Positions 16,666-26,583 of a stretch of 64,000 nt of DNA are shown piece after piece. Source of the DNA: Gemmatimonadota bacterium (GTDB lineage: Bacteria > Gemmatimonadota > Gemmatimonadetes > Palauibacterales > Palauibacteraceae); assembly GCA_963666735.1 (NCBI GenBank), contig OY762926.1, positions 3,872,001-3,936,000 on the forward strand. The letters run 5' to 3'. Both the position numbers and the translations under genes were made by a program. The notes beneath the pieces are model-generated. The model made no database searches and had not been told where the DNA came from. It saw nothing but the letters and a program-made list of their open reading frames with translations. Every line of letters starts with the position of its first letter. Position 1 is the stretch's first letter.

Positions 16666-18536
16666 CCTAAAACAGGCGCGATCCACGCGCGAACCCTTGT
16701 TAAAAGGTACCGGAAAGGCTTATCCTGATTGTCGATAGCGGATTCGAACGATGGACGCCCGATCCCAACCAGGAGGCCTTTCCGGTGAACGGAATATCGC
16801 ACAGGCAGAGCCGAAGGAACAGTGCCCGGCGGAAGCGGAGAGTGGAGTCGCGGCGGGCGGGGGCGAGGCGGCGGGGCTCCCGGCCGAAGCCCGTGTTTTC
16901 GGCGGGCGGGCTCCGCTACGAGATCGGGGCGCGGACGAGCGCGATGAGCTTCGGGGGCATCGGCGCCGTGCGGCGCCTGGTGTCGAAGCTTTCGCTGGCG
17001 CGGGAGATCGACCGGCGACTGGATCTTCTGAAGCGGCACCTGCCGTACCACGAGTCGGACCACGTGCTGAACATCGCCTACAACCTGCTGTGCGGGGGCG
17101 CGCGGCTCGAGGATCTGAACGGCCTGCGCCACGACGCGGCGTACATGGACGCCCTGGGCGCGGACGTGATCCCCAGTCCGACGGCGGCGGGCGACTTCAC
17201 GCGGCGCTTCTCCGAGTCGGACGTGGTCGAGCTCATGGAGTGCGTCAACGCGGTCAGGCCCAAGCTGTGGCGGGGCCGGGGCCGGGATCTGCTGGAGCCG
17301 GTGGCCCATATCGACGTGGACGGGACGCTGGCGCCCACGCTGGGCCGCAAGAAGGCGGGCATGGACATGTCCTACAAGAAGGTGTGGGGCTACCACCCGC
17401 TGGTCGTGTCGCTGGCCAACACGGCCGAGGTGCTCTACGTGGTGAACCGGCCGGGCAACGCGGTGAGCCACGCCGGCGCGGCGGAGTGGATCGACCGGGC
17501 CATCGACCTGGTGGCGCCGTACGCGGAGCGGGTGTGCGTGCGCGGGGACACGGACTTCTCGCTGACCGTCAACTTCGACCGCTGGAGCGAGCGGGCGGAC
17601 TTCATCTTCGGCTACGACGCCCATTCGGCGCTGGTGCGGCGGGCCGAGGCGCTGGAGGAGGACGACTGGAAGCCTCTGGAGCGCAAGCCCCGCCACGTGT
17701 CCCGGACGGGGAAGACGCGGAGTGGGCGGGAGGACGTGAAGGGGCGGATCGTGCGCGAGCGCGGTTACGTGAACAAGCGGCTCAACTTCGAGGAGGTGGC
17801 CGAGTTCGACCACCGGCCCGTCAAGTGCCGCAAGACGTACCGGATGGTGGTGGTGCGCAAGAACATCAGCGAGATGAGGGGCGAACTCGCCCTCATCGAG
17901 GAGATCCGCCACTTCTTCCACATCACCACCCGGAGGGACGTGAGCGCGGCCGAGGTCGTCCGGCTGGCCAACGCCCGGTGCGGCCAGGAGAACGTGATCG
18001 CGCAGCTCAAGAACGGGGTGAACGCGCTGCGCGTGCCCGTCTACGACCTGGTGAGCAACTGGGCCTACATGGTGATGGCGGCCTTGGCGTGGAACCTCAA
18101 GAGCTTCCTGGCGATGATGATGCACCTGAAGGCCGACCGCCGGAAATACACCGCCATGGAGTTCAGGCGCTTCGTCCGCGAGATGATCCTCGTGCCCTGC
18201 CAAGTCATCCGCCGCGCCCGCCGCACGACCCTGCGCATCATCGGCTGGCGGCCCTCGGTGGACCGCCTGTTCAGCACCTGGAACACCATCGAGCGGACCG
18301 GCTTCACGTAGCACCCGCCGCCGGGCCCGGCTCGCCCGAAGGCGTCAACCGCCTCCCCGGGGACCGGTGTCTCCCCGCGCAAAACGCCGGCCCCGCACCC
18401 TCCTTCCGCCGAGCGACAAACCCCGAATCCCCGCCTCGGAACCACGGAAACACGGCTTCCCGGCGGCCTCCTCCGCCCATAATCCGCCGCCCGAAATCCA
18501 AGTGACGCCTCGCCAGCCCTACTCGCTTGTTTTAGG
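16666..18536 (+). mobile_element. IS1380-family insertion sequence (1871 bp)
   Basis: Terminal IRs CCTAAAACAGGCG / CCTAAAACAAGCG; flanking direct repeat CCTAGA at 16660-16665 and 18537-18542. Confidence 0.9.
16785..18311 (+). CDS. IS1380-family DDE transposase
   Basis: IDVDGT, GYHPL, RPGN, VRGDTDF, RCGQENVIAQLK, NWAYM. Confidence 0.92.
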   Translation: MNGISHRQSRRNSARRKRRVESRRAGARRRGSRPKPVFSAGGLRYEIGARTSAMSFGGIGAVRRLVSKLSLAREIDRRLDLLKRHLPYHESDHVLNIAYNLLCGGARLEDLNGLRHDAAYMDALGADVIPSPTAAGDFTRRFSESDVVELMECVNAVRPKLWRGRGRDLLEPVAHIDVDGTLAPTLGRKKAGMDMSYKKVWGYHPLVVSLANTAEVLYVVNRPGNAVSHAGAAEWIDRAIDLVAPYAERVCVRGDTDFSLTVNFDRWSERADFIFGYDAHSALVRRAEALEEDDWKPLERKPRHVSRTGKTRSGREDVKGRIVRERGYVNKRLNFEEVAEFDHRPVKCRKTYRMVVVRKNISEMRGELALIEEIRHFFHITTRRDVSAAEVVRLANARCGQENVIAQLKNGVNALRVPVYDLVSNWAYMVMAALAWNLKSFLAMMMHLKADRRKYTAMEFRRFVREMILVPCQVIRRARRTTLRIIGWRPSVDRLFSTWNTIERTGFT

Positions 18537-18608
18537 CCTAGAGCCCTCTCCCGCGCGCGAGCGGATTCGGTAGGTTCAGGCCGTTCCACCCTCCAACGGA
18601 GATTCGAG

Positions 18609-20048
18609 ATGCGCGTTTCGACACCAGGCTCCAGAGGTTGCCGGGTGCTGCCGGCCGGTCTGCTCCTCGCGCTGGCCGCGGCCCTCGGTCCGTCGCAGGC
18701 GACGGCCCAGGCGGCGCAGTCGGCCCACCCGCCGCGCGACGAGTTCGCGGACGCCCAGAGGACGGATGGGGCGATGCCCGTCATCCTCCCGCTGCGCGAG
18801 CGGGCCGCCGTCATCGACCGCTGGCTTGAAAGGCGGCTCGAGACCGTCGCGCCCGAGGTCATGCGGCGCGAGGGAGTCGACCTCTGGATCGTCGCCGCGC
18901 GCGAATACAACGAGGATCCGGTCATCGAGACGATGCTGCCCTCCACGTACATGGCGGCCCGCCGGCGCACCGTCCTCATCCTCCACGACCGGGGGCCGGG
19001 GCAGCCGCTTGAGCGGCTCGCGGTGGCCCGGTACGACATCGGTCCCTTCCCGCGCGCCTGGGATCCGGACACCGAGCCCGACCAGTGGGGGCGGGTGGCG
19101 GAGGTCATCGCCGAACGCGACCCGCGGCGCATCGCGGTGAACCGTTCCTCGACCTTCGCGCTGGCGGACGGGCTCACCGGAACGGAGTACGACGCGCTGA
19201 TGGCCGCGCTGCCGGCGAAGTACCGCGAGCGGGTGGCCGGGACGGAGCGCCTCGCGATCGGATGGCTGGAGGCGCGGACGCCCGAGGAGATGGAGGTCTA
19301 TCCCCAGATCGTCCGGATCGCGCACCGGATCATCGCCGAAGGTTTCAGCGCGCAGGTGATTCAGCCGGGCGTCACGACGACCGAGGATGTCGTGTGGTGG
19401 TACCGCGAACGGATCCTCGATCTGAAGCTCGCGACCTGGTTCCAACCCAGCGTCTCCGTGCAGCGCCATGAGAAGGCGGGGGGCGCGAGGGAAGGGGAGG
19501 GGGACTTCTCCGCCCGTCCGGACGAGAACGTGATCCGCCCGGGCGACCTGCTGCATGTGGACTTCGGGATCAAGTACCTGCGGCTGAACACCGACACGCA
19601 GCAGCATGCCTACGTGCTGAAGCCGGGAGAGGACGCGGCCCCCGGGGGCCTCGTCCGCGCGCTCGCGGCCGGGAACCGTCTCCAGGACATCCTCACGGAG
19701 AACTTCGCGGCGGGGCGTTCGGGGAACGAGATCCTCGCGGGCGCGCTCGAGCAGGCGAGGGCCGAGGGGATCGACGCGACGATCTACACGCACCCGATCG
19801 GCTTCCACGGCCATGGCGCCGGACCCACGATCGGTCTCTGGGACAACCAGGGCGGCGTGCCGGGGCGCGGCGACTATCCGCTCTTCCCGAACACGGCGCA
19901 CTCGATCGAACTCAACGCGGCCGTCCCGGTGCCGGAATGGGGCGGACAGACGGTGCGCATCATGCTGGAGGAGGATGCGTTCTTCGACGGCGAGCGCACA
20001 TGGTACATCGACGGACGCCAGACCGGCTTCTGGCTCATCCCGCGATGA
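18609..20048 (+). CDS. Secreted M24 family (Xaa-Pro) peptidase
   Basis: Signal peptide; HVDFG, NTDTQ, HPIGFHGHG, HSIE, LEED metal ligands. Confidence 0.88.
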   Translation: MRVSTPGSRGCRVLPAGLLLALAAALGPSQATAQAAQSAHPPRDEFADAQRTDGAMPVILPLRERAAVIDRWLERRLETVAPEVMRREGVDLWIVAAREYNEDPVIETMLPSTYMAARRRTVLILHDRGPGQPLERLAVARYDIGPFPRAWDPDTEPDQWGRVAEVIAERDPRRIAVNRSSTFALADGLTGTEYDALMAALPAKYRERVAGTERLAIGWLEARTPEEMEVYPQIVRIAHRIIAEGFSAQVIQPGVTTTEDVVWWYRERILDLKLATWFQPSVSVQRHEKAGGAREGEGDFSARPDENVIRPGDLLHVDFGIKYLRLNTDTQQHAYVLKPGEDAAPGGLVRALAAGNRLQDILTENFAAGRSGNEILAGALEQARAEGIDATIYTHPIGFHGHGAGPTIGLWDNQGGVPGRGDYPLFPNTAHSIELNAAVPVPEWGGQTVRIMLEEDAFFDGERTWYIDGRQTGFWLIPR

Positions 20049-20695
20049 CCGCGGCTCGGAGGCTGGCGTCGTCGTCGATCGTCGCGTTCGGAGCGCTGGC
20101 GGGGGCCGCCGCCGGCGAACTCGCCGCGCAGATGCCGGACGCGTGGGTCCTCGTCGGACAGGACGCCGCCGATTATCGCCTCAGGCTAGACCCCGAGGTG
20201 GCCCATTCCGGGTCTTCCAGCATGCGGCTCGAGGCGCGGGGCAACCGGCGCCGCAGCCAATGGGCCGCGAGCGTGCAGCTCATCGACGCCATCGCCTACC
20301 GCGGAAAGCGGATGCGCCTGCGCGGATACCTGCGGGCCGACGACGTCGACTCCGGCGGCCTGTGGGTGCGGGTGGACGGCATCCTCGAAGGGAAGTATGC
20401 GATGCTCGCGCTGGACAACAGCGAGGACCGGCGCGTCGAGGGAACGCGGGACTGGGAGACACGCGAGATCGTGGTGGACATCCCCCCGGAAGGCGTTACG
20501 ATCCTCATCGGGGCGATGATCACGGGCGATGGAGAACTGTGGGTGGACGACCTCTCCTTCGAGGCGGTCGCCGAAGATGTGCCGCTTACGACGGAGCCGG
20601 AGATCGTCATCACGGACCAGCCGTACGCTCGCCCGCCCGGCGTCTTCCCCGCACCCACGAACCTGGATTTCGAACGAGAGATGAACGGGAGCTGA
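20045..20695 (+). CDS. Secreted protein with a galactose-binding/CBM-like jelly-roll domain
   Basis: AHSG, YRGKRMRLRGYLRA, GLWVRVDG, GTRDW, GELWVDDLSFE, PTNLDFE. Confidence 0.65.
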   Translation: MTAARRLASSSIVAFGALAGAAAGELAAQMPDAWVLVGQDAADYRLRLDPEVAHSGSSSMRLEARGNRRRSQWAASVQLIDAIAYRGKRMRLRGYLRADDVDSGGLWVRVDGILEGKYAMLALDNSEDRRVEGTRDWETREIVVDIPPEGVTILIGAMITGDGELWVDDLSFEAVAEDVPLTTEPEIVITDQPYARPPGVFPAPTNLDFEREMNGS

Positions 20696-20702
20696 ACGCG
20701 AG

Positions 20703-21311
20703 ATGAAGCATGCGATGGAATCTGGAGCCGAACCGATCAGGCGCGCAGTATTGGCGGCCCTGGCCGTGGCGGCTTTCGCGACCGGTTGCCGCGGGGGTGA
20801 GCACACCGAAGCGGCGGGAGACGCCGCGCGGGCCCCGGGACCCACCGAAAGCGCGCCGGCCGAGAGCGCGCCGGCCTCGTATCGCCCGCTTCCGGCGCTC
20901 GAGGTGACCCACCTCGACGGTCGCCCCGCGGATCTCGACCAGTTCCGCGGCCGGGTCGTCGTCCTGAACCTGTGGGCAACCTGGTGCATCCCCTGTCGCG
21001 ACGAGATGCCCGAGTTGCAGCAGATGCACGCCAGGTACGCGGCGGATCCCCTCGACGTGGTCGGGATCTCCATCGATGAGGGAGATGTGGCGCTCGTCGA
21101 GGGATTCCTCGAAGAGTTCGACATCACCTATCCCAACTTCCTCGGCGATGGCTCCGGACTCACGCAGGCGCTCGATCTCTACCCCGGCGTGCCGCACACG
21201 CTGCTGGTGGACGCGGAGGGTCTGATTCGGGGGTACTGGGGCGGCCGCTTCCACCCCTTCGAGCCGGAAACCGCGGCGCTCGTCGAGAGGGTTCTCTCGG
21301 AAGCCCAGTAA
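20703..21311 (+). CDS. TlpA/ResA-like thiol-disulfide reductase lipoprotein
   Basis: VVLNLWATWCIPCRDEMP, GVPHT; lipobox ATGC. Confidence 0.9.
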   Translation: MKHAMESGAEPIRRAVLAALAVAAFATGCRGGEHTEAAGDAARAPGPTESAPAESAPASYRPLPALEVTHLDGRPADLDQFRGRVVVLNLWATWCIPCRDEMPELQQMHARYAADPLDVVGISIDEGDVALVEGFLEEFDITYPNFLGDGSGLTQALDLYPGVPHTLLVDAEGLIRGYWGGRFHPFEPETAALVERVLSEAQ

Positions 21312-21317
21312 CCGGCC

Positions 21318-21911
21318 GTGGAGACGTCGTCCCGAGTGAGACGGCCGGGTGGGGACCGCAGCGTGAGACCGCCGGATGATCAGGATGATGGCGGGTTGAC
21401 GAGTCCGGGCATCCTCGAGATCCGCCCGCTCCGCCCCGAGGACTGGGGTCCGGTGCGAAGGATCTATGAGGAAGGGATCGCGACGGGGGACGCGACGTTC
21501 GAAACGGAGGCGCCCGCCTGGGAGTCGTGGGACGCGAACCACCTCGACACCTGTCGGTTCGTGGCCGAGCGGGAGGGTCGCGTCGTCGGGTGGGCGGCGC
21601 TGGCGCCGGTCTCCGGGCGTTGCGTGTACGGCGGCGTGGCCGAGGTCAGCGTCTACGTCGGCGGGGACGCGCGCGGGGGCGGAATCGGCCTCAGGCTCCT
21701 GGCCGCGCTCGTCGAATCCTCCGAGCGGGCCGAACTCTGGACGCTGCAGGCGGGGATCTTCCCGGAGAACGTCGCGAGTGTCCGCATCCACGAGCGAGCC
21801 GGCTTCCGCCGCGTGGGGCGGCGCGAGCGGCTGGGAAGGCTCCACGGCGAGTGGCGCGACGTGCTTCTGCTCGAGCGTCGCAGCCTCCGCGTGGGGAGCG
21901 AGACCGACTGA
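21318..21911 (+). CDS. GNAT N-acetyltransferase (Pat/YncA-like)
   Basis: ATFETE, VAEVSVYV, RGGGIG, ENVASVRIHERAGF; true start may be further downstream. Confidence 0.88.
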   Translation: METSSRVRRPGGDRSVRPPDDQDDGGLTSPGILEIRPLRPEDWGPVRRIYEEGIATGDATFETEAPAWESWDANHLDTCRFVAEREGRVVGWAALAPVSGRCVYGGVAEVSVYVGGDARGGGIGLRLLAALVESSERAELWTLQAGIFPENVASVRIHERAGFRRVGRRERLGRLHGEWRDVLLLERRSLRVGSETD

Positions 21912-21940
21912 CACCCGGCTGACACCGGGCTGATATCGGT
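21908..21940 (+). repeat. 3x 11-bp repeat starting at the GNAT stop codon
   Basis: CTGACACCCGG CTGACACCGGG CTGATATCGGT. Confidence 0.75.
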
Positions 21941-22044
21941 GCCCCCCTTGACGTTTCGGGTACGAGAGGCGATCATTGCGCGCGTTCGGACGCGTCCGGC
22001 GGTGCCGGAGCACGGCTGAACTGAGAAGGCAGGATCGCAGGATC

Positions 22045-22100
22045 GGGGGGGCCTCTCAACAACGGGTCGCCCCTTTTTCTTTAGTTTCTTTGGTTTTTTT
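22045..22100 (+). terminator. Intrinsic terminator-like hairpin with a long U-rich tract
   Basis: GGGGGGGCCT...GGGTCGCCCC followed by TTTTTCTTTAGTTTCTTTGGTTTTTTT. Confidence 0.55.
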
Positions 22101-22210
22101 CTGCGTGGCGAGTGCCACGACCCTGGCGCGGGGGAGACCGCGTCGAACAGGTCAGCGGTCGGCAGCGACGGGTTTCCCGAACTCCGACATGACTAACGAA
22201 GGAGTAGGAA

Positions 22211-22420
22211 ATGCGTACGAGAGGTACCGTGAAGTGGTTCAACGACCAGAAGGGCTTCGGGTTCATTACCCCGGAAGAGGGTGGTAAGGACTGCTTCGTA
22301 CACCACACGGCGATTCAGGCGGATGGCTTTCGGACCCTCAAGGAGGGCGAGGCTGTCGAGTTCGACGTTACGGACGGGACAAAGGGCCCGGCCGCGGAGA
22401 ACGTGACCCGAGTCGCGTGA
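22211..22420 (+). CDS. cspA: Cold-shock protein
   Basis: [29 protein letters not shown]. Confidence 0.95.
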   Translation: MRTRGTVKWFNDQKGFGFITPEEGGKDCFVHHTAIQADGFRTLKEGEAVEFDVTDGTKGPAAENVTRVA

Positions 22421-22453
22421 TTTGCCGACCGCCACCAGGCGTAAGGTGAGTTC

Positions 22454-22488
22454 AAAAGGGCCGCCCGGCGACGGACGGCCCTTTTTTT
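22454..22488. terminator. Bidirectional intrinsic terminator
   Basis: AAAAGGGCCG...CGGCCCTTTTTTT between convergent genes. Confidence 0.85.
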
Positions 22489-22498
22489 GTCAGGTTTG

Positions 22499-22816
22499 TC
22501 AGGTAGGTTGGCTGGCCTCGGCGCCACCGCCGAAACCGATCTGCGGCCGCCGCCGGTCGATCTCGTCGAGGCGCACCTCCACCCGGTCGAAGCGCCGATG
22601 GACCGCGTTGAACATGTCATCATAGTGGCCGCGGTCGTCGGCCGCGCGCTCGCGAAGAGCCAGGACGGATTCTCGCAGTTCAGTGAAGCGCCCGTCCCAG
22701 CGGGCCTGAACGCGGTTCAGCCTCAGATCCACGCCGTTCAGGATCGTTTCGACGGCGTTCCGCAACTCGGCTACGGTCGCGGTCCTCCGTTCCGCCTTGT
22801 TTCCGCCGGGGGCCAT
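22499..22816 (-). CDS. Small coiled-coil hypothetical protein
   Basis: AAGGAGG RBS; heptad-like FDRVEVRLDEIDRR; C-terminal IGF. Confidence 0.65.
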   Translation of the reverse strand: MAPGGNKAERRTATVAELRNAVETILNGVDLRLNRVQARWDGRFTELRESVLALRERAADDRGHYDDMFNAVHRRFDRVEVRLDEIDRRRPQIGFGGGAEASQPT

Positions 22817-23006
22817 GGTGCTTCCTCCTTGTTCTGCAATGTGAACGTTAGCCGCGTCGGGCCGGTCACACAAAAGTCGCGGCGGGGATCAACGGATCGT
22901 GAACTGGAAGCGCGATCGCGGGGATGGTGCTGTTCCACTCGACCCGTGCCTGTCTATGATCCAGCAGTGTCAACGCAGCCCGCGTCCCAGCCACGGAGAG
23001 CGTCCG

Positions 23007-25106
23007 ATGACCGCCCCGCTCAGCAGTGCCCGAATTTCCCTCCTGTCTCTTGCCGCCGCAGCCTCCCTGTGCCTCGCCGTGCCGGCGGTGGGGCAGGCGG
23101 GGGCCGAGTCCGGGCCGCTTCGCATGGAGGACATCTTCGAGGTCGAGATCGCGGGCGACCCGCGGATCTCCCCGGACGGGCGCCGGGTCGTCTATGTCCG
23201 CCAGCGGGCCGACATCATGACGGACAGCCGCTTCTCGAACCTCTGGATCGTGGGCACGGACGGGTCGGGGCACCGGCCTCTCACGACGGGGGACTTCAAC
23301 GACAGCTCGCCCCGCTGGTCGCCCGACGGTACGCGGCTCGCTTTCATCTCGAACCGGAGCGGGAGCGCGCAGATCCACGTCCGCTGGATGGATTCGGGTG
23401 AGACCTCGGTGGTCACGAACGTGACCGAGCCGCCCCGGTCGTACGCATGGTCGCCCGACGGTACGCAGATCGCGTTCGGGAAGTTGGTGCCGACGCCGGC
23501 GCCGGCGATCGGGGGGATGCCGACCCCACCGGAGGGCGCGCATTGGGCCGAGCCCGCGCAGGTCGTCGAGCGGCTCGTGTACCGCTTCGACCAGTTGGGT
23601 GATCTCCCGCACGGGTTCGTCCACGTCTTCGTCGTCCCGTCCGAAGGCGGAACGGCCCGCCGGATCACGAGCGGCGACGGCCACTGGGCCGGGAACGGGA
23701 TCGGCGGCACGCACTTCTCGTGGACTCCGGATGGCGCGGGCCTCGTCATGTCGCGCGACCCCCGCGGGGGCGACACGGAAAGCGTGTTCGTGGCGGACAC
23801 GGAGGTGTTCGAGGTTTCCGTGGCCGACGGCACGGCCACGCAGCTCACGGATCGCCGGGGGCCGGACGACGGGCCGATCGTCTCTCCCGATGGCCGCCAC
23901 ATCGCCTACTTCGGGATGGACGACCGCTTCCAGGGCTACCAGCTCACACGACTCTACGTCATGAACCGGGATGGGAGCGACCCGCGTTCGCTCTCCGACG
24001 GTCTCGACCGCGAGGTTTACGGGGCCGCGTGGACTCCCGACGGCTCGGGCCTGTACGCCCTGTACGACGACGAGGGGATGACGAAGCTCGCGCTCTTCCG
24101 CCTCGACGACGACGGGAGCGGCCACCGCGTGCTGACCGAGAACGTCGGCGGGGTCGGCCGCGCCTACGCCGGAGCGACGTACTCCGTGGCCGACGACGGC
24201 AGCTTCGCGATGAACTACACCACGCCGGCCGTCATCTCCGAAGTCGCGACGGGTCGCCCCGGCAGCGAGGTCCGCGTGCTCACCGGGATCAACGACGACC
24301 TGATGGCCAAGCGCGAGATCGGCGAGGTCGAGGAGATCCGGTACGAGTCCTCGCACGATGGCCGGCCGATCCACGGCTGGATCATCAAGCCGCCGGGCTT
24401 CGACCCGTCCCGCGAATATCCTCTCATCCTCGAGATCCACGGGGGACCGTTCTCGAACTACGGCGCGCGCTTCGACCTCGAGAAGCAGCTCATGGCAGGG
24501 CAGGGGTACGTCGTCCTCTACACGAACCCGCGCGGGAGCACGAGCTACGGAGAGGAGTTCGGGAACCTGATCCACCACGCGTACCCCGGCGACGATTTCT
24601 ACGACCTCGTCTCAGGGGTGGACGCCGTCATCGACCGCGGCTACGTGGACCCCGGGCAGCTTTACGTCGTGGGCGGGAGCGGGGGCGGCGTCCTCACGGC
24701 TTGGCTCGTGGGCCGGACGGACCGGTTCCGCGCCGCGGTGTCGTGGTATCCCGTCATCAACTGGTACAGCTTCGTGCTTACCGCGGATATGGCGGCCTAC
24801 GGCGTCAACTATTGGTTCCCGGGCTTCCCCTGGGACCACGTGGAGCACTACGAGTCGCGGTCGCTCCTGAGCGTGGTCGAGAACGTGACGACGCCGACGC
24901 GGATCGTGACGGGCGAGGAGGACTGGCGCACGCCGATGTCGGAATCCGAGCAGTACTTCAAGGCGCTCAAGCTGCTCGGAGTGGAGACGTCGCTCGTACG
25001 CTTCCCCGGCGAGCCGCACGGTATCCGCCGCCGCCCGAGCCATCACATCGGGAAGATGCTGTCCACCCTGGAATGGTTCCGCCGCTATTCCGCCACGACG
25101 TCCTGA
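23007..25106 (+). CDS. S9 family acylaminoacyl peptidase with PD40 repeats
   Basis: WSPDG repeats, IHGGP, NPRGS, GGSGGG nucleophile, EEDWRT, GEPH; signal peptide. Confidence 0.93.
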   Translation: MTAPLSSARISLLSLAAAASLCLAVPAVGQAGAESGPLRMEDIFEVEIAGDPRISPDGRRVVYVRQRADIMTDSRFSNLWIVGTDGSGHRPLTTGDFNDSSPRWSPDGTRLAFISNRSGSAQIHVRWMDSGETSVVTNVTEPPRSYAWSPDGTQIAFGKLVPTPAPAIGGMPTPPEGAHWAEPAQVVERLVYRFDQLGDLPHGFVHVFVVPSEGGTARRITSGDGHWAGNGIGGTHFSWTPDGAGLVMSRDPRGGDTESVFVADTEVFEVSVADGTATQLTDRRGPDDGPIVSPDGRHIAYFGMDDRFQGYQLTRLYVMNRDGSDPRSLSDGLDREVYGAAWTPDGSGLYALYDDEGMTKLALFRLDDDGSGHRVLTENVGGVGRAYAGATYSVADDGSFAMNYTTPAVISEVATGRPGSEVRVLTGINDDLMAKREIGEVEEIRYESSHDGRPIHGWIIKPPGFDPSREYPLILEIHGGPFSNYGARFDLEKQLMAGQGYVVLYTNPRGSTSYGEEFGNLIHHAYPGDDFYDLVSGVDAVIDRGYVDPGQLYVVGGSGGGVLTAWLVGRTDRFRAAVSWYPVINWYSFVLTADMAAYGVNYWFPGFPWDHVEHYESRSLLSVVENVTTPTRIVTGEEDWRTPMSESEQYFKALKLLGVETSLVRFPGEPHGIRRRPSHHIGKMLSTLEWFRRYSATTS

Positions 25107-25134
25107 TCGGCGACAGCAGAGGCTTCAGACCGGA

Positions 25135-25179
25135 AGATTGTTGAATACCGAACTCCTGGCGTCCGATATTCAACAATCT
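25135..25179. repeat. AT-rich perfect 13-bp inverted repeat between convergent genes
   Basis: AGATTGTTGAATA-N19-TATTCAACAATCT. Confidence 0.8.
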
Positions 25180-25197
25180 CCGCGTCTCAAGGAGGGG

Positions 25198-25830
25198 TCA
25201 GCGAGCCACCTGGAAGGGAACGGTCGCGACCTGGTCGTCCCACCAGATCGTGAACACGCCGCCCTCCTGCGTCATGTCCATGAACGAGATCGTGAGTTGG
25301 TCGGCCGACATCATGATCGTGTCCACATCCATCGTCGTGCGCAGCACGTCGCGGTCGGGCGTGTAGCCGTAGGACCCCCAGAGCGCGTCCGGGTTCTCCT
25401 CGCGGAAGTTGTCCTTCGCGCCCCAGTTCGAGAAGATGAGCGTCCACTCGGCCTCGGTGAGTTCCGCGAACACGCTGTACTCGCCGGCCGGCAGGCGCTC
25501 GCCGCCGAACATGAGATCCACCTCGGTCATGAAGCGCGTGGACTGGTCCGCGCCGACGCGCCACAGCGGCGCTCCGCGAAGGAACTGCTGCCCATACTCA
25601 TCGCCCGATCCGAACAGGTCTCTGCCGCGCAGGATGGGGCGGCCGTACGTCACGACGACCCAGGAGCCGCCCTCGTAGCCGCCTTCGTCGTTGACCGAGC
25701 CTCCGACCTGGGTGGCGGCCTCTCCGCGCGGACTCATGCGCCGGTCCTGGGCCTCCGCGGCCGTGGCGAAAGCAAGGGCGACGCCGAGGGCGATCGCCAG
25801 ACAGGGGACGGCGCGGAACATCTTCTTCAT
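25198..25830 (-). CDS. DUF2911 secreted protein
   Basis: SPRG, VTYGRP, WRVGADQST, LPAGEYS; signal peptide; GGAGG RBS. Confidence 0.85.
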   Translation of the reverse strand: MKKMFRAVPCLAIALGVALAFATAAEAQDRRMSPRGEAATQVGGSVNDEGGYEGGSWVVVTYGRPILRGRDLFGSGDEYGQQFLRGAPLWRVGADQSTRFMTEVDLMFGGERLPAGEYSVFAELTEAEWTLIFSNWGAKDNFREENPDALWGSYGYTPDRDVLRTTMDVDTIMMSADQLTISFMDMTQEGGVFTIWWDDQVATVPFQVAR

Positions 25831-25979
25831 TCGTACCTCCAAGCAGGTTCAAGCGCGGCATCGCCGGCCGGCGATGCGCGAACAATCCCTAAGCGCGACG
25901 GGCATCCTACGGCGGCGCGCGCGAACCCGAAAGCCGGGCGCGTCGCCGCGGCAGGCGGCCTCCGATACAATACCGACCC

Positions 25980-26459
25980 ATGAAGAGAATACGGCCCGCA
26001 AGAGGAACGTTTCGGTTCATCCTTGCGGCGGGCGGCCTGGTCGCGGCGGCGGCGTGCGGAGGCCGGACGCCGGAGGTGGGCGAGACCGGCGGGGCAGTCG
26101 CCGTCGAGGCGGTGCGAGCGGAGATCGAGCGCGTCACCCGGCGTTGGGAAGCCTCGCTGATCGCGGGAGCGCCCGGCGAGGCCGTCGTCGACGTCTTTAC
26201 GCCGGACGCGGTGCGTCTGCCCTCCGGGGAGCCGGCGGTGCGGGGGCACGACGCCATCGTGCGCGCGCTGGCCGGTTCCGCTCCACTGCGCGAGGCGCGG
26301 TTCACGATCGAGGACATCGAAGTGGATGGAAACCTGGCGTTCGCGAACGGGACGTACCGGGTGCGCGGTCCCGGCGATGTCGAACTCGATGGCAAGTTTC
26401 TCGAGGTGTGGAAGCGGCTCGAAACCGGGTGGCGTATCCACCGCGTCATGTGGGACTGA
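25980..26459 (+). CDS. NTF2/SnoaL-like (DUF4440/YybH) lipoprotein
   Basis: Lipobox AAAC; FTPDAV, GKFLEVWKR...WRI. Confidence 0.85.
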   Translation: MKRIRPARGTFRFILAAGGLVAAAACGGRTPEVGETGGAVAVEAVRAEIERVTRRWEASLIAGAPGEAVVDVFTPDAVRLPSGEPAVRGHDAIVRALAGSAPLREARFTIEDIEVDGNLAFANGTYRVRGPGDVELDGKFLEVWKRLETGWRIHRVMWD

Positions 26460-26520
26460 CGCCCTCGTTCGAAGCAGCTCGCGCGCGCGGGAAGACGTTC
26501 CCGCGGGAACGTCGCCGCGC

Positions 26521-26556
26521 GTTGTATGGCCTGTTGCATGGCCTGTTGCCTGGCCC
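26521..26556 (+). repeat. 3x 12-bp intergenic tandem repeat
   Basis: GTTGTATGGCCT GTTGCATGGCCT GTTGCCTGGCCC. Confidence 0.7.
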
Positions 26557-26583
26557 TTGGATGACTCCAGGAGATACGGACGA

